A stretch of DNA of 64,000 nucleotides from Candidatus Binatia bacterium. Its GTDB lineage: Bacteria; Desulfobacterota; Binatia; Bin18. A program made the position numbers and the translations under genes. The number at the start of each line of letters is the position of its first letter. Positions within the stretch are counted from its first letter, which is position 1. Location: positions 1 to 64,000 of the forward strand of contig CAXXHG010000041.1 in the NCBI GenBank assembly GCA_963666315.2. The letters run 5' to 3'. The notes beneath the pieces are model-generated. The model made no database searches. It worked only from the letters and a program-made list of their open reading frames with translations, and was not told the DNA's origin. Shown piece by piece: positions 40,409 through 49,496 of the stretch.

Positions 40409-40900
40409 TTACAATTGAACGGACTTATTCTTATGGCCCGCCCACTTCGGCAGACCATCGGTCATATCCATCACCCGCATCCCATAGAAAATATGACACG
40501 TGGGTTTGAAGCTCGGTGGCACCTGGGGCGGGTGCCCAAAATCAAATAGGGAGGGAAACGCCAGCCACATCGTGCGGCCTTCATCCGCAATCAGCGTTCC
40601 ACACCCGGCACAACTGACTTTGCAGGGCAAAATACGCTCACGCTGATCAAGCTCGCTATTGTAGAAACGGAGCTGATCGAGGCCTTGCGTAATGCGAACG
40701 TGGCGTTTGTGAAAGATGGCCGCCCACTGCATGGGCGCGCCGTGCAGCTTCTGGCAGACCACGCAGTGGCAGATTTTCGCGTCCACCGGATCTGCGCTCA
40801 CTTCGTACTGGACGGCCTGACACTGACACCTGGCGTGGTATTTTGCCGTAAACGTCTCATCCCCAATCGATGCAAATACTACTCCAAATTCTTTTTGCAT
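40409..40900 (-). CDS. GFA / CENP-V family Zn-dependent protein
   Basis: Motifs CQC, CHCVVCQK and CAGCGT; the track's longer N-terminus is repeat sequence. Confidence 0.85.
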   Translation of the reverse strand: MQKEFGVVFASIGDETFTAKYHARCQCQAVQYEVSADPVDAKICHCVVCQKLHGAPMQWAAIFHKRHVRITQGLDQLRFYNSELDQRERILPCKVSCAGCGTLIADEGRTMWLAFPSLFDFGHPPQVPPSFKPTCHIFYGMRVMDMTDGLPKWAGHKNKSVQL

Positions 40901-40917
40901 AGTGACGCTGCCATCTA

Positions 40918-41047
40918 GAAGGTGTTTGGAAAAGGGAGAGGTGGTGTCATTGCGAGGAGCCGTAGGCGACGAAGCAATCTCTTTTCCCGCTACGGATTGC
41001 TTCGCTTCGCTCGCAATGACGTGTACCGCGACTTTCCAAACACCCTC
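40918..41047. mobile_element. MITE-like element with 15-bp TIRs enclosing a REP-like doublet
   Basis: GAAGGTGTTTGGAAA ... TTTCCAAACACCCTC with TA on both flanks; second copy at 48481. Confidence 0.7.
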
Positions 41048-41178
41048 TATCAAGTTTTGCACGGGTCGCAGATGCGGTGTGAGAGAGACTTCATCATTCC
41101 TCACACTACGTGAGGTTTATACTCCGTCTTGACTACGTGACACTACCTAACGAAGGCATGCCGCGAAGGCCCATGCGG

Positions 41179-42834
41179 TCAGTCCATGGCGAGGCCCTCG
41201 TAGCCACTTTCCTGCACGGCGTCGCGGATCTGGCGGTAGTCGCCCACCCCGCCGATGTATGACAACAGGCGACGTGGTTTGCCGGCGACATTCGAACCCA
41301 TATACCAAGAGTGGGTCTTGACGACGAGGGTAGCGTTGGCAGTTTCATCGTGGTGCTTCACCCACTCTGCTTCCTTCTCCGCAGTCGGTTCGATGACGGT
41401 GTGGCCATGTTCACGTACGTAATGGATACAGTCGGTGACCCAGTCGACCTGCTGCTGCAGGCAGGTCGTCATGTTGCACAAGGCCGTCGCAGGTGCCAAC
41501 GGGCCGGCTACGGTGAACAGGTTTGGGTAGCCGTGCACCTGCAGCCCGAGGGTTGACCGAATGTCCTGCTGCCACTGCTCAGTGAGCGAGCGGCCATCGC
41601 GTCCGTAAATATTCATGCGTGACAGCGACCCGGTGCCGGCATCGAAGCCGGTCGCCAGGATGATCACGTCGAAGTCGTACTCGCCCTCTTGCGTCTTGAG
41701 CCCAGCCTCGGTGAAGCACACAATCGGAGCAGCGTTGACGTCGACGAGCTCGACATTGTCGCGGTTGTAGGCTTCGAAATACTTGGTTTCCAGCGGCACG
41801 CGATGCAAGCCGAAACCGTGAGTTTTCGGCATCAACTTTTCGGCGATCTTCGGGTCGTTGACACGCGCGCGGATCTTCCCGCGTACGAACTCGGAGATCT
41901 CCTCGTTGACGTCCGCTTCAAAGAATAACTCCTGGAAACTGCCATGCCAGAAACTGAGAGAGCCGTCCGCCCAGATCTCCTCGAGCGCCTCGGTGCGCTC
42001 CTCAGGCGTAAGGTCACGGTACACCCGGCGGTCGAAGTCGTGATCGAATCCACCAAACGTATGGTGCACCCGCTTCTTGAGTTCCGGGTACCGGGCGCGG
42101 TAGGCGGCGCGGTCGGCATCGGTGAAGGCCGGGTTACGCATGGGAATCGCGTACTGGGCCGTGCGTTGAAAGACCGTGAGATGGCTGACCTCGCTGGCGA
42201 TAGTCTGGATCACTTGGATGCCGGTCGCACCGGTACCGATGACGCCAACGCGCTTCCCTGCCAGCTCCAGGCCGTCCTTCGGCCAGCGGGCGGTGTGGGC
42301 GATCTCGCCCTTAAAGTTTTCATGGCCCGGAAAGGGCGGCACGAGCGGCGCAGACAGCATGCCGGTGCAGCTCACGAAGAACCGAGTGCTGACTGTGTCG
42401 CCGCGATCAGTCTTGATGATCCAACGCTTACCGGCCTCGTCGTACTCCGCCGCGGTGACGACGGTGTCGAACTGGATGTCCTTGCGCAGATCGCACTTGT
42501 CGGCCACGAAATTGAGGTAGCGATCGATTTCCGGCTGGGCGGGGAATCGCTGGCTCCAGTCCCATTCGTCCAGAATTTCGTCAGAAAACCAGTACTGATA
42601 GATATAGGATGGAGAATCGACACGTGCGCCGGGATACCGGTTCCAGTACCACGTTCCACCGACGCCGGAGGCCGCTTCGAAGATCCGGACCTTCAGGTCC
42701 AGATTGCGCAGACGATAGAGCTGATACATGCCAGCTATACCAGCCCCTACGATGATCGCGTCAAAACCGTTCTGGCCTGTGTCGGAGTTCGCGCCAGCGT
42801 GTTGAGAAACGACATCACTCATTGTAATCTCCAT
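41179..42834 (-). CDS. Baeyer-Villiger monooxygenase
   Basis: GGTWYWNRYPGAR, BVMO fingerprint FKGEIAHTARWP and GTGATGIQ. Confidence 0.93.
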   Translation of the reverse strand: MEITMSDVVSQHAGANSDTGQNGFDAIIVGAGIAGMYQLYRLRNLDLKVRIFEAASGVGGTWYWNRYPGARVDSPSYIYQYWFSDEILDEWDWSQRFPAQPEIDRYLNFVADKCDLRKDIQFDTVVTAAEYDEAGKRWIIKTDRGDTVSTRFFVSCTGMLSAPLVPPFPGHENFKGEIAHTARWPKDGLELAGKRVGVIGTGATGIQVIQTIASEVSHLTVFQRTAQYAIPMRNPAFTDADRAAYRARYPELKKRVHHTFGGFDHDFDRRVYRDLTPEERTEALEEIWADGSLSFWHGSFQELFFEADVNEEISEFVRGKIRARVNDPKIAEKLMPKTHGFGLHRVPLETKYFEAYNRDNVELVDVNAAPIVCFTEAGLKTQEGEYDFDVIILATGFDAGTGSLSRMNIYGRDGRSLTEQWQQDIRSTLGLQVHGYPNLFTVAGPLAPATALCNMTTCLQQQVDWVTDCIHYVREHGHTVIEPTAEKEAEWVKHHDETANATLVVKTHSWYMGSNVAGKPRRLLSYIGGVGDYRQIRDAVQESGYEGLAMD

Positions 42835-42907
42835 CTTGACAGTACCTGGCTGGGTGCTTGATCCTCGTATCCCCTGGTAAATTCCGGTTGCTCACCTAGC
42901 TCGCGAC

Positions 42908-43342
42908 TTAGGCCCGGCGGGCCATATGCTCGTCAAATAGGGACTCTTTCCCGCGGACTCTCTTCATTTCTACCATCAGCGGCTCCAGAACCTCGCGATC
43001 CCAATAGTCGTGCCAGCGGCAGATCTTCCCCTCACTATTAAATTCAAACATGCCCATGCAGGGGAGGTGAATGGTGACGTCGCCTAAAGCCCACGTTTCG
43101 AGCCGGACGTTCATGACGATATTCCCCGAGGACGCGGTGTGCTTGATATCCATTTTTTGCAGCATCCCCGCGTCAATCCATTCGCCTAACATCTCCTGGA
43201 CACCGGCATGCCCGGTCGACTGCGACGTGCCGATATTTTGATAATCCACATCCTCTGACAGATGTTGTACGCTCTTGGCCGGATTAGCCTCTTCTAAAGA
43301 ATGACAGTAATCCGTTACTTTCTTTTCGTTCTCAGCGCTCAT
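42908..43342 (-). CDS. limonene-1,2-epoxide hydrolase / SnoaL-like protein
   Basis: YQN, VMNVRLE and LPCMGMFE...GKICRWHDYWD. Confidence 0.8.
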   Translation of the reverse strand: MSAENEKKVTDYCHSLEEANPAKSVQHLSEDVDYQNIGTSQSTGHAGVQEMLGEWIDAGMLQKMDIKHTASSGNIVMNVRLETWALGDVTIHLPCMGMFEFNSEGKICRWHDYWDREVLEPLMVEMKRVRGKESLFDEHMARRA

Positions 43343-43443
43343 AAGGTCCTCCTGTATTGCCTTTTGCCCTCGTGCCCGGGTGTGACCCATTAAATTCCGG
43401 TGAAACTTTCCCCCTCGTTTGTTTACTTGCACCCTCGCTGCCG

Positions 43444-44148
43444 CTACAGGCTTTTTCCCGGTACGACCAGTTCATTGGCCCACTGGTCAAGCTCTCGCTT
43501 TACGTCATCTAGCGTGTCGCGGCTGGCAACTAAATTAATCTGGTCGGCCCCGGCATCCCGATACTGTTTGACGGTGTCCAAGGTCACATCTTGCAATGGC
43601 GCCGCATGAATTTTGATCTCGTCCATCGTTCGACCGTATTCGGCGAGCAGCGGTTTCAGTTTATCGACACCCGCCTGTACCTCGTCGGGCCGGTCTACGC
43701 CGTACCAACCGTCGCAATGCTTCGCCACACGCCGCAACGCCGCGAGGGATTCGCCGCCAGAATAAATCGGCGGATGGGGGTGCTGGATCGGTTTTGGGTA
43801 CAGGTGACATTCGGGCAGGGTGTAGAATTCTCCCTTAAACTGGGACGGTCCCTCGGACCACAGGGTTTTCACGATCTCGATATATTCATTGGCACGCGCG
43901 CCGCGTCTCTGCCACGGAATCCCAAGGGCATCGAATTCTTCCCTCAGCCAACCGATCCCAATGCCGAAGTCGAACCGTCCGCCGGAGAGGACATCCAAGT
44001 CGGCAACGTGTTTGGCGGTATAAACCGGATTGCGCTGGGGTATGAGGCAGATACCCGTGGCTAACCGCAGGGTGGTCGTCGTCGCCGCGATAAAGGAGAG
44101 CGCGGTAACCGGCTCTAGAAAATTAACAGCTGGCGAAGAAAAAGGCAT
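43444..44148 (-). pseudogene. LLM class F420-dependent oxidoreductase, 5'-truncated
   Basis: Motifs LDVLSGGRFDFGIGIGW and PKPIQHPHPP; the N-terminal strand and ExH motif are missing. Confidence 0.75.
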
Positions 44149-45002
44149 TCCTGAACGAAATGACCTGCGTGTTCCAAATAGAGTGGCGGTGGACAACCAC
44201 GAATGACGCTATGTAGCTCGTCCATAACGGGTTTGCCCAAGACAGGGTCTTACAGCCCCACGGCCATGAAACTTTTACCGGTCCATTCCTCCGCCCAGAA
44301 CTGTCTCGCGCGTTGGCATTCTTCAACGCCTTGCATCTCCGGCTCCACGGGGACGAGCTGCGGAAAGCGCCGTACGCCGGCCTGATAGCTCGCGTCGGGG
44401 AAGGGAGCCGCGTACGCAGCGATGTCCATCCAGTCGAGTGCGTCCGGACAACTCACACCCATCAGGCCGGAAACAGGAAGGTCGGTGAACTGAGCGGCAT
44501 AGGCTTTCCATTGGGCAAAACCATCGCTGATGGGTTTACCGACAGGCAGACCGGTATTCATAACGATCAGACGCTTGAATCGTTCCGGCATGTCGAGCGG
44601 GAAGGTTAGCCCCAATATGCCACCCCAGTCCTGGCAGACCAGCGTAATATTTCGTAAGTCAAGGTGTTCGATGAGCCGTAGCAGCGAGTTGCGGTGAAAC
44701 GAAAAGGTGATGTCGTGGTCGTTGACGGGTTTATCCGACCTACCAAAACCGAACCAATCAGGTGCAACAATTCGGCCGCCCGCGCTCAGAAAGGGCGGGA
44801 TCATTTTTCGATACAGGTAACTCCAAGTTGGCTCACCATGCAGACACAGGTAGACATCCTTCGCTATTGGAGACCCTTCGTCGATGTAGTGCATGCGACA
44901 GCCTTCGTATCCCGGCAGTGTTTCTACGTAGTGCGGGGCGTACGAAAAATTCGGCAAGTTCGCAAAGCGTTCTTCTGGCGTTCGTTTGCATAGAATACTC
45001 AT
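44146..45002 (-). pseudogene. haloalkane dehalogenase (DhlA-like) with an in-frame TAA and truncated end
   Basis: Motifs HGEPTWSY and QDWGG; continues VGL*DPVLG...AGHFVQE and runs directly into LLM sequence. Confidence 0.8.
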
Positions 45003-45105
45003 AGCGCAGCCTCCCAATGATACGACAACGTAGACACAACACCGGTTCTTCTCGATCTTGGGCTCGTCTGTTACTCGCCTGGATGATCTCCCACCGCTCC
45101 AGGGT

Positions 45106-45501
45106 TCATCCGTAATTGCCGAACGTCTTACGGCCGGGCCAGTCTGTAAAGTCGGCGTAGGTGCGGTCCAGGACGATTTTGCCGTCGCGCATGGTCAACA
45201 CGGCCACGAATGGGATCGACCAATCGTCACCCTTGTCCGGGTCGAGGAGGGTGACTTCAAGAATCACGACATCGCCGCTGACGTGCATGTGTTCGAGCCG
45301 CATATAGCGTTTAGGCGCCGCGGCATGAATGGCCTGCTCGAGTTGCAGCCAATCCTCAGTGTTGGCAGGCGCGACGGCGCCCATCCCGTACACTGTGCAA
45401 TCCGGGGTGTAGCATTCGCGCACGTAGCGATCGATGTCGGTGTTGTACAGCTCGATGTGGCGCTTGGCGTTTTCGATATTGCGTTGTTCCTCTTCCGTCA
45501 T
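45106..45501 (-). CDS. SnoaL-like / NTF2 family protein
   Basis: VLTMRDGKIVLDRTY. Confidence 0.78.
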   Translation of the reverse strand: MTEEEQRNIENAKRHIELYNTDIDRYVRECYTPDCTVYGMGAVAPANTEDWLQLEQAIHAAAPKRYMRLEHMHVSGDVVILEVTLLDPDKGDDWSIPFVAVLTMRDGKIVLDRTYADFTDWPGRKTFGNYG

Positions 45502-45559
45502 GGGATATCTCCTGTGTGGAACAGACCTCCTCTCGGTCCTGTTCCGCTGATGCGGCGGG

Positions 45560-45931
45560 TTAATTCCAGCCCGCATTATCAATCATATATTCCCAACTCC
45601 CGTCCGCTTGGCGTCGTACCACCTCCGTCCCATTGCCCGACATCGAAACCGCCTGCCCATCCGGAGTCGTGCCCGACAGCGTCCACGGAGAGTTCAAGAG
45701 CGCAATATCGCCGTTCTGCGTCACCGTGGCTTCAATCGTGAAATGAAGCTTCTGCGCGAAAAACCCGCGCATAATTTCCCGAATGGCAGCCCTTCCTCTG
45801 GCGACCCGGCCCCCCTCCTGCACAAAGGCGGCGTCCTCCTCGTAGAGCGACACTAAGCCCTCAAGGTCGCCGGTATTAAACGCTTCCATAAAGAGGCGGT
45901 CACAATCTTCGGGTTTATGTGCCACTGCCAT
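45560..45931 (-). CDS. DUF4440 / SgcJ-like NTF2 protein
   Basis: AFNTGDLEGLVSLYEEDA and EVVRRQADGSW. Confidence 0.85.
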   Translation of the reverse strand: MAVAHKPEDCDRLFMEAFNTGDLEGLVSLYEEDAAFVQEGGRVARGRAAIREIMRGFFAQKLHFTIEATVTQNGDIALLNSPWTLSGTTPDGQAVSMSGNGTEVVRRQADGSWEYMIDNAGWN

Positions 45932-45949
45932 CGGACACCACCGTTCGTG

Positions 45950-47106
45950 TTACGAGTCTTCCTGTCGGCATGCCACCAGTTGGGCCATATACGCTCCGGT
46001 CTGGACCGGGCTGACCCGCAGGCCCCTGTCTTGGAACGGCGGCAAGTCGGGAACAATGCCCTGGGCAAGCGGCAACTCTAGCGAGACGTTTACGGTGCGC
46101 TGCAGAAAACACTCACGCTTACTACACGATTGGTAGCCGATGGTGAGATCAAGCCTGATTGTCTTCTGGTCTAGAGGCTTGAGCACGTTGAGCAGTTCAG
46201 TCGTCGCGGTAATGGGGATCCCAATATCGACCGTCCCTTCCCAGGCAGGCAATTCCAGCCCCAGTTCCTCCATCACCAGCGGCGTGGCAGCTGGATACAC
46301 CGGCTGCCCGAGACGTATCCCAGGCACTGCCTTGACAGTCACCTGCGTTGCCACAAAACCACTGGGAACTGGTTCGGCGTAGATATGCAGGCCTTCCCGA
46401 ATGTCGAGCCGACAGTACAGTCGACGGGTCAACTCGATCTTCAGATCTCCCCCAGAGAGAAAGACGGAGACACGAACGTCGCCGTCTCGATATTCCTGCT
46501 GCGGCGCATCTGGGCTCAGGACAATCTGCCCACCCGCTTCTTCGAGGAAGCGTTCGGGCACGTCACGGGTGGCGAGATGTTGGTTGAAATATTTCCTGAC
46601 AACTATCCCCGACGCATCCACGATATAGGTTCCGGGGAACGGGATGCCGTAGAACACCTCGGCGTCCGCTCCGTCGGATCGATCAAGGTGTTCAGGATGC
46701 CAAAGCGCGTAATGACCGCGGAGTCGCTGTCTGACAACAGATCGTAGGTAATACCGTACGTCCGGGCAAAATCCGCCAGCCCGTCTTGGGGATCATAGCT
46801 CACCGCAAAGACTTTCATCCCGGCGGCCTCAAAGTCCGGCAAGCGACGTTGCAACTCCACGAGTTGCGTCATGCAGGACGGTCACCACACGGCCGAGCGT
46901 TGAAAACTGAGCACGGCTTTGTGCTGGCCGCGGGCGGCGTGGAAGTCGATCAGCTCGCCGTGTTGATTCGGGAGCCGGAACTCCGGTAGGCGGTCTCCTA
47001 CCGCTGGGCCGGTTGAGAAATCCGGATCCGGAATGCGCCGGGCAGGATGCTCCACAGGCGCAGGACCAACAAAGCCAAACTCATCTTGGAAGCCTTCACT
47101 CTCCAT
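45950..47106 (-). CDS. peroxiredoxin-like (AhpC/TSA) selenoprotein, UxxC, Sec at residue 75, fused to a DsbD N-terminal-like domain; one frameshift at ~46665
   Basis: GPAVGDRLPEFRLPNQ...FQRSAVW-U-PSCMTQLVELQ...AVSYD...LLSD, then GIPFPGTYIVD...GLHIY...YQSCSKRECF; TGA 46884-46882. Confidence 0.83.
46845..46870 (-). promoter_or_regulatory. SECIS-like hairpin
   Basis: Starts 11 nt after the UGA: GAC-GCAACTC-GTG-GAGTTGC-(AAC)-GTC. Confidence 0.8.
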
Positions 47107-47152
47107 ATTCCGTTCTCCGTTCCAGCGCCCCATGCGTGTCATATGACGATCC

Positions 47153-48265
47153 CTACAAATTATATAACCGCTTGGCATTCTCGCTGAGGATTTGTTGTTG
47201 GGCGTGCGCCGGGAGTTTGGCACACGCCTCCTTCACCTCGTCAACAACACCCGGAAACGTGCAATCAAAATGCGGGTAGTCCGACCCCCAAATCACACGC
47301 TCTTCCAGCCCCCACTCCACGATGCCACTCATACTCTTCTCGTCCGTTTCCATCCCGATATAGCATTGCTCGCGAAAGTGCTCGCTGGGTTTCTTTTTGA
47401 GCCATGGCACGTAGTGGCCCATGCTCTCAAAGTGACTGTCCATCCGCTCCAGCCAATAGCCCAGCCACCCTACTCCGGATTCCAGAAACGCCACTTTGAG
47501 TTTGGGGAATTTCGTCAACACGCCGCCACAAATAATATCCATGCACGCGCCCTGCTGTTCCCAGGGGTGACATACCATATGGAAAAAGAACGGGTCTTTG
47601 TATCGCTCTTGGCCCAGGGTTGGCATCTTGGTGCCGAAGCTACTATGGATGGCCACTGGAACATTGAGCTCCTGGGCTTCTTGCCACAAAGGATCATAAG
47701 CCGCGTCGTTGAGCCGGCGACCATTAAACGGATTGGGCCGCACAAACACGGCCCGCATGCCCAAATCTTTAACCACGCGCCGCATTTCTGTGATGGACTC
47801 CTCAACACTCTGCAAGGGCAGAGGAGCCACTCCGTAAAAGCGATGCGGATAGGCTTTGCAGAAGTCGGCCAACCAATTGTTATAGGCCCGGCAAGCTGCG
47901 GCTGCGACCTGCGGGTCGGTGATATCACCGTAGAGGAGCCACAAGGTCGGATAGAAAAAGGCGATCTCAATGCCTTCAAGATCCATATCTTTGATCCGTT
48001 GGTGCGGATCGTAGCCGCCGAGAACAATCTCGTCCCAGGACATGGTACGTGCTTTGTGGGCGTCGGACATCCCGCCCGGCGTACAGGCAGCAGCGATGGC
48101 CATATTGCGATCACGCCTTATCTCTCCATTGATTTTGAGACAGTCGATGCCTTCCGCATCTTTGGCAATCTGAATCACCTGCTCACGATAGGCCGGTTCG
48201 GTGTACTCTTCCCAAACACTCGGCGGCTCCAGCAGATGGCCATCGGAATCAATGATGCTTGCCAT
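47153..48265 (-). CDS. amidohydrolase family protein
   Basis: Motifs IDSDGHLLEP, FLESGVGW and WGSDYPHFD. Confidence 0.92.
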   Translation of the reverse strand: MASIIDSDGHLLEPPSVWEEYTEPAYREQVIQIAKDAEGIDCLKINGEIRRDRNMAIAAACTPGGMSDAHKARTMSWDEIVLGGYDPHQRIKDMDLEGIEIAFFYPTLWLLYGDITDPQVAAAACRAYNNWLADFCKAYPHRFYGVAPLPLQSVEESITEMRRVVKDLGMRAVFVRPNPFNGRRLNDAAYDPLWQEAQELNVPVAIHSSFGTKMPTLGQERYKDPFFFHMVCHPWEQQGACMDIICGGVLTKFPKLKVAFLESGVGWLGYWLERMDSHFESMGHYVPWLKKKPSEHFREQCYIGMETDEKSMSGIVEWGLEERVIWGSDYPHFDCTFPGVVDEVKEACAKLPAHAQQQILSENAKRLYNL

Positions 48266-48480
48266 GACTCCCTCCTCTCTCGGTGTGAGGCCCTTTTATA
48301 ATAAGGGCGTTATGTGATCATTCCGTCATGACCTGGGCGGCTGATGACGACGTCAGTGTCGACACTGCCTTGGCGTGACCTGAGCTTGAATTTACAATGG
48401 CTAGTGTAAAACAGTCAATCCCCCAGAAAGGGGCTGTCAGAGTAAGGTCTCTTGCCGGCCAGCCATCAGCCGCACCCTAT

Positions 48481-48593
48481 GAGGGTGTTTGGAAATTCAC
48501 CGTACACGTCATTGCGAGCATAGCGAAGCAATCTGAGACGGTACAAGAGATGGCTTCGTCGCCTCCAGCTCCTCGCAATGACAGGGCCTCTCC
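48481..48593. mobile_element. second, one-ended copy of the MITE-like element
   Basis: gagggtgtttggaaa...gtacacgtcattgcgag...ctcctcgcaatgac, colinear with the reverse complement of 40918-41047. Confidence 0.68.
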
Positions 48594-48598
48594 ACTCA

Positions 48599-48874
48599 TC
48601 AGGTACCGGCCCAATAACAAGCGATTATTGTTCCTCCTACAATCAGCGTCCATACCTCGAACGTAAGGCGCAACGGCAGCGGCGCATGGCGCAATTCCAT
48701 GAAATCAAGAAACACCAGGCGGACCTTGATGAAAGCGATGATCACGATTGCGACTGTGGCGTACGTGTAACGATCGCCGAAGCCAAAGCCGTGTCCGAGT
48801 TGCCACGACAGTGCAGTCGCCAGGATCAACCCTAGCCACACGAACGTAATTTTGCGCCGTAGGAGGGAGGGCAT
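48599..48874 (-). CDS. cytochrome c oxidase subunit IV family protein
   Basis: VWLGLILAT and AFIKVRLVFLDFMELRHAP; three predicted TM helices. Confidence 0.82.
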   Translation of the reverse strand: MPSLLRRKITFVWLGLILATALSWQLGHGFGFGDRYTYATVAIVIIAFIKVRLVFLDFMELRHAPLPLRLTFEVWTLIVGGTIIACYWAGT

Positions 48875-48877
48875 TCG

Positions 48878-49465
48878 TTATCTCATCAGATACAACAGTG
48901 CGAACAGGACGATCCACACGATATCCACCAGGTGCCAGTAGCTCGCGCCACTTTCAAGAGTGCCAATACATTTTTCATCCAGCGAGTCCGTGCGCGCGGT
49001 GTGCCACAGAAACGTCAGGACCCCCAGACCAATGACGACATGCATCAAATGGATACCGGTCAGCATGTAGTAATACATATAAAAATCGTTGCTCGTGATG
49101 AAATATCCCGCGCTGATCTTTTCGCTGTATTCGAACGATTTCACCACCACAAAGGCGACCCCACAGGCACCGGCCAGCAGTATGAGGCGGCTGGTGATTT
49201 TTGCGAGATTGTCGCGGGCGGCGTGAACGGCCAGCGCAACAAACCAGGAACTGGACAGCATCAAGAAGGTGTTCACGGCGCCGTAGGTCTGATTCAAGGT
49301 TGCCTGCGAGTGCGTGTAGAGCGGCACATCCAGCGACCGGTGATACATAAACACCACGAAAAACAGACCAAAAACGAACAGGTCGCCGATGATGAAAACC
49401 CACACCCCGGATTCGCCAGGCAAATGGGTTTTTGCCTGGCGCGTGGGGCTGGTCAAAGCTGCCAT
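48878..49465 (-). CDS. cytochrome c oxidase subunit III family protein
   Basis: NTFLMLSSS, YYMLTGIHLMHV and YWHLVDIVW. Confidence 0.88.
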   Translation of the reverse strand: MAALTSPTRQAKTHLPGESGVWVFIIGDLFVFGLFFVVFMYHRSLDVPLYTHSQATLNQTYGAVNTFLMLSSSWFVALAVHAARDNLAKITSRLILLAGACGVAFVVVKSFEYSEKISAGYFITSNDFYMYYYMLTGIHLMHVVIGLGVLTFLWHTARTDSLDEKCIGTLESGASYWHLVDIVWIVLFALLYLMR

Positions 49466-49496
49466 GGGCTTACTGCTCGCTCGCGCTGGTCTCTCG

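Noticed and set aside
40900-41104. N-terminal extension of the GFA ORF (VIASEAKQS...)
   Set aside because: It is a translation of the MITE/REP element; the likely start is ATG 40900
44250-44252. In-frame TAA, and TAG at ~32599, as recoding or pyrrolysine
   Set aside because: Both lie in otherwise truncated dehalogenase genes, with no supporting signal or pyl genes
47192-48301. Long antisense ORFs (369 aa here; also 41944-42861 and 5328-6035)
   Set aside because: They are shadows of well-supported genes on the opposite strand in GC-rich DNA, with no recognisable motifs
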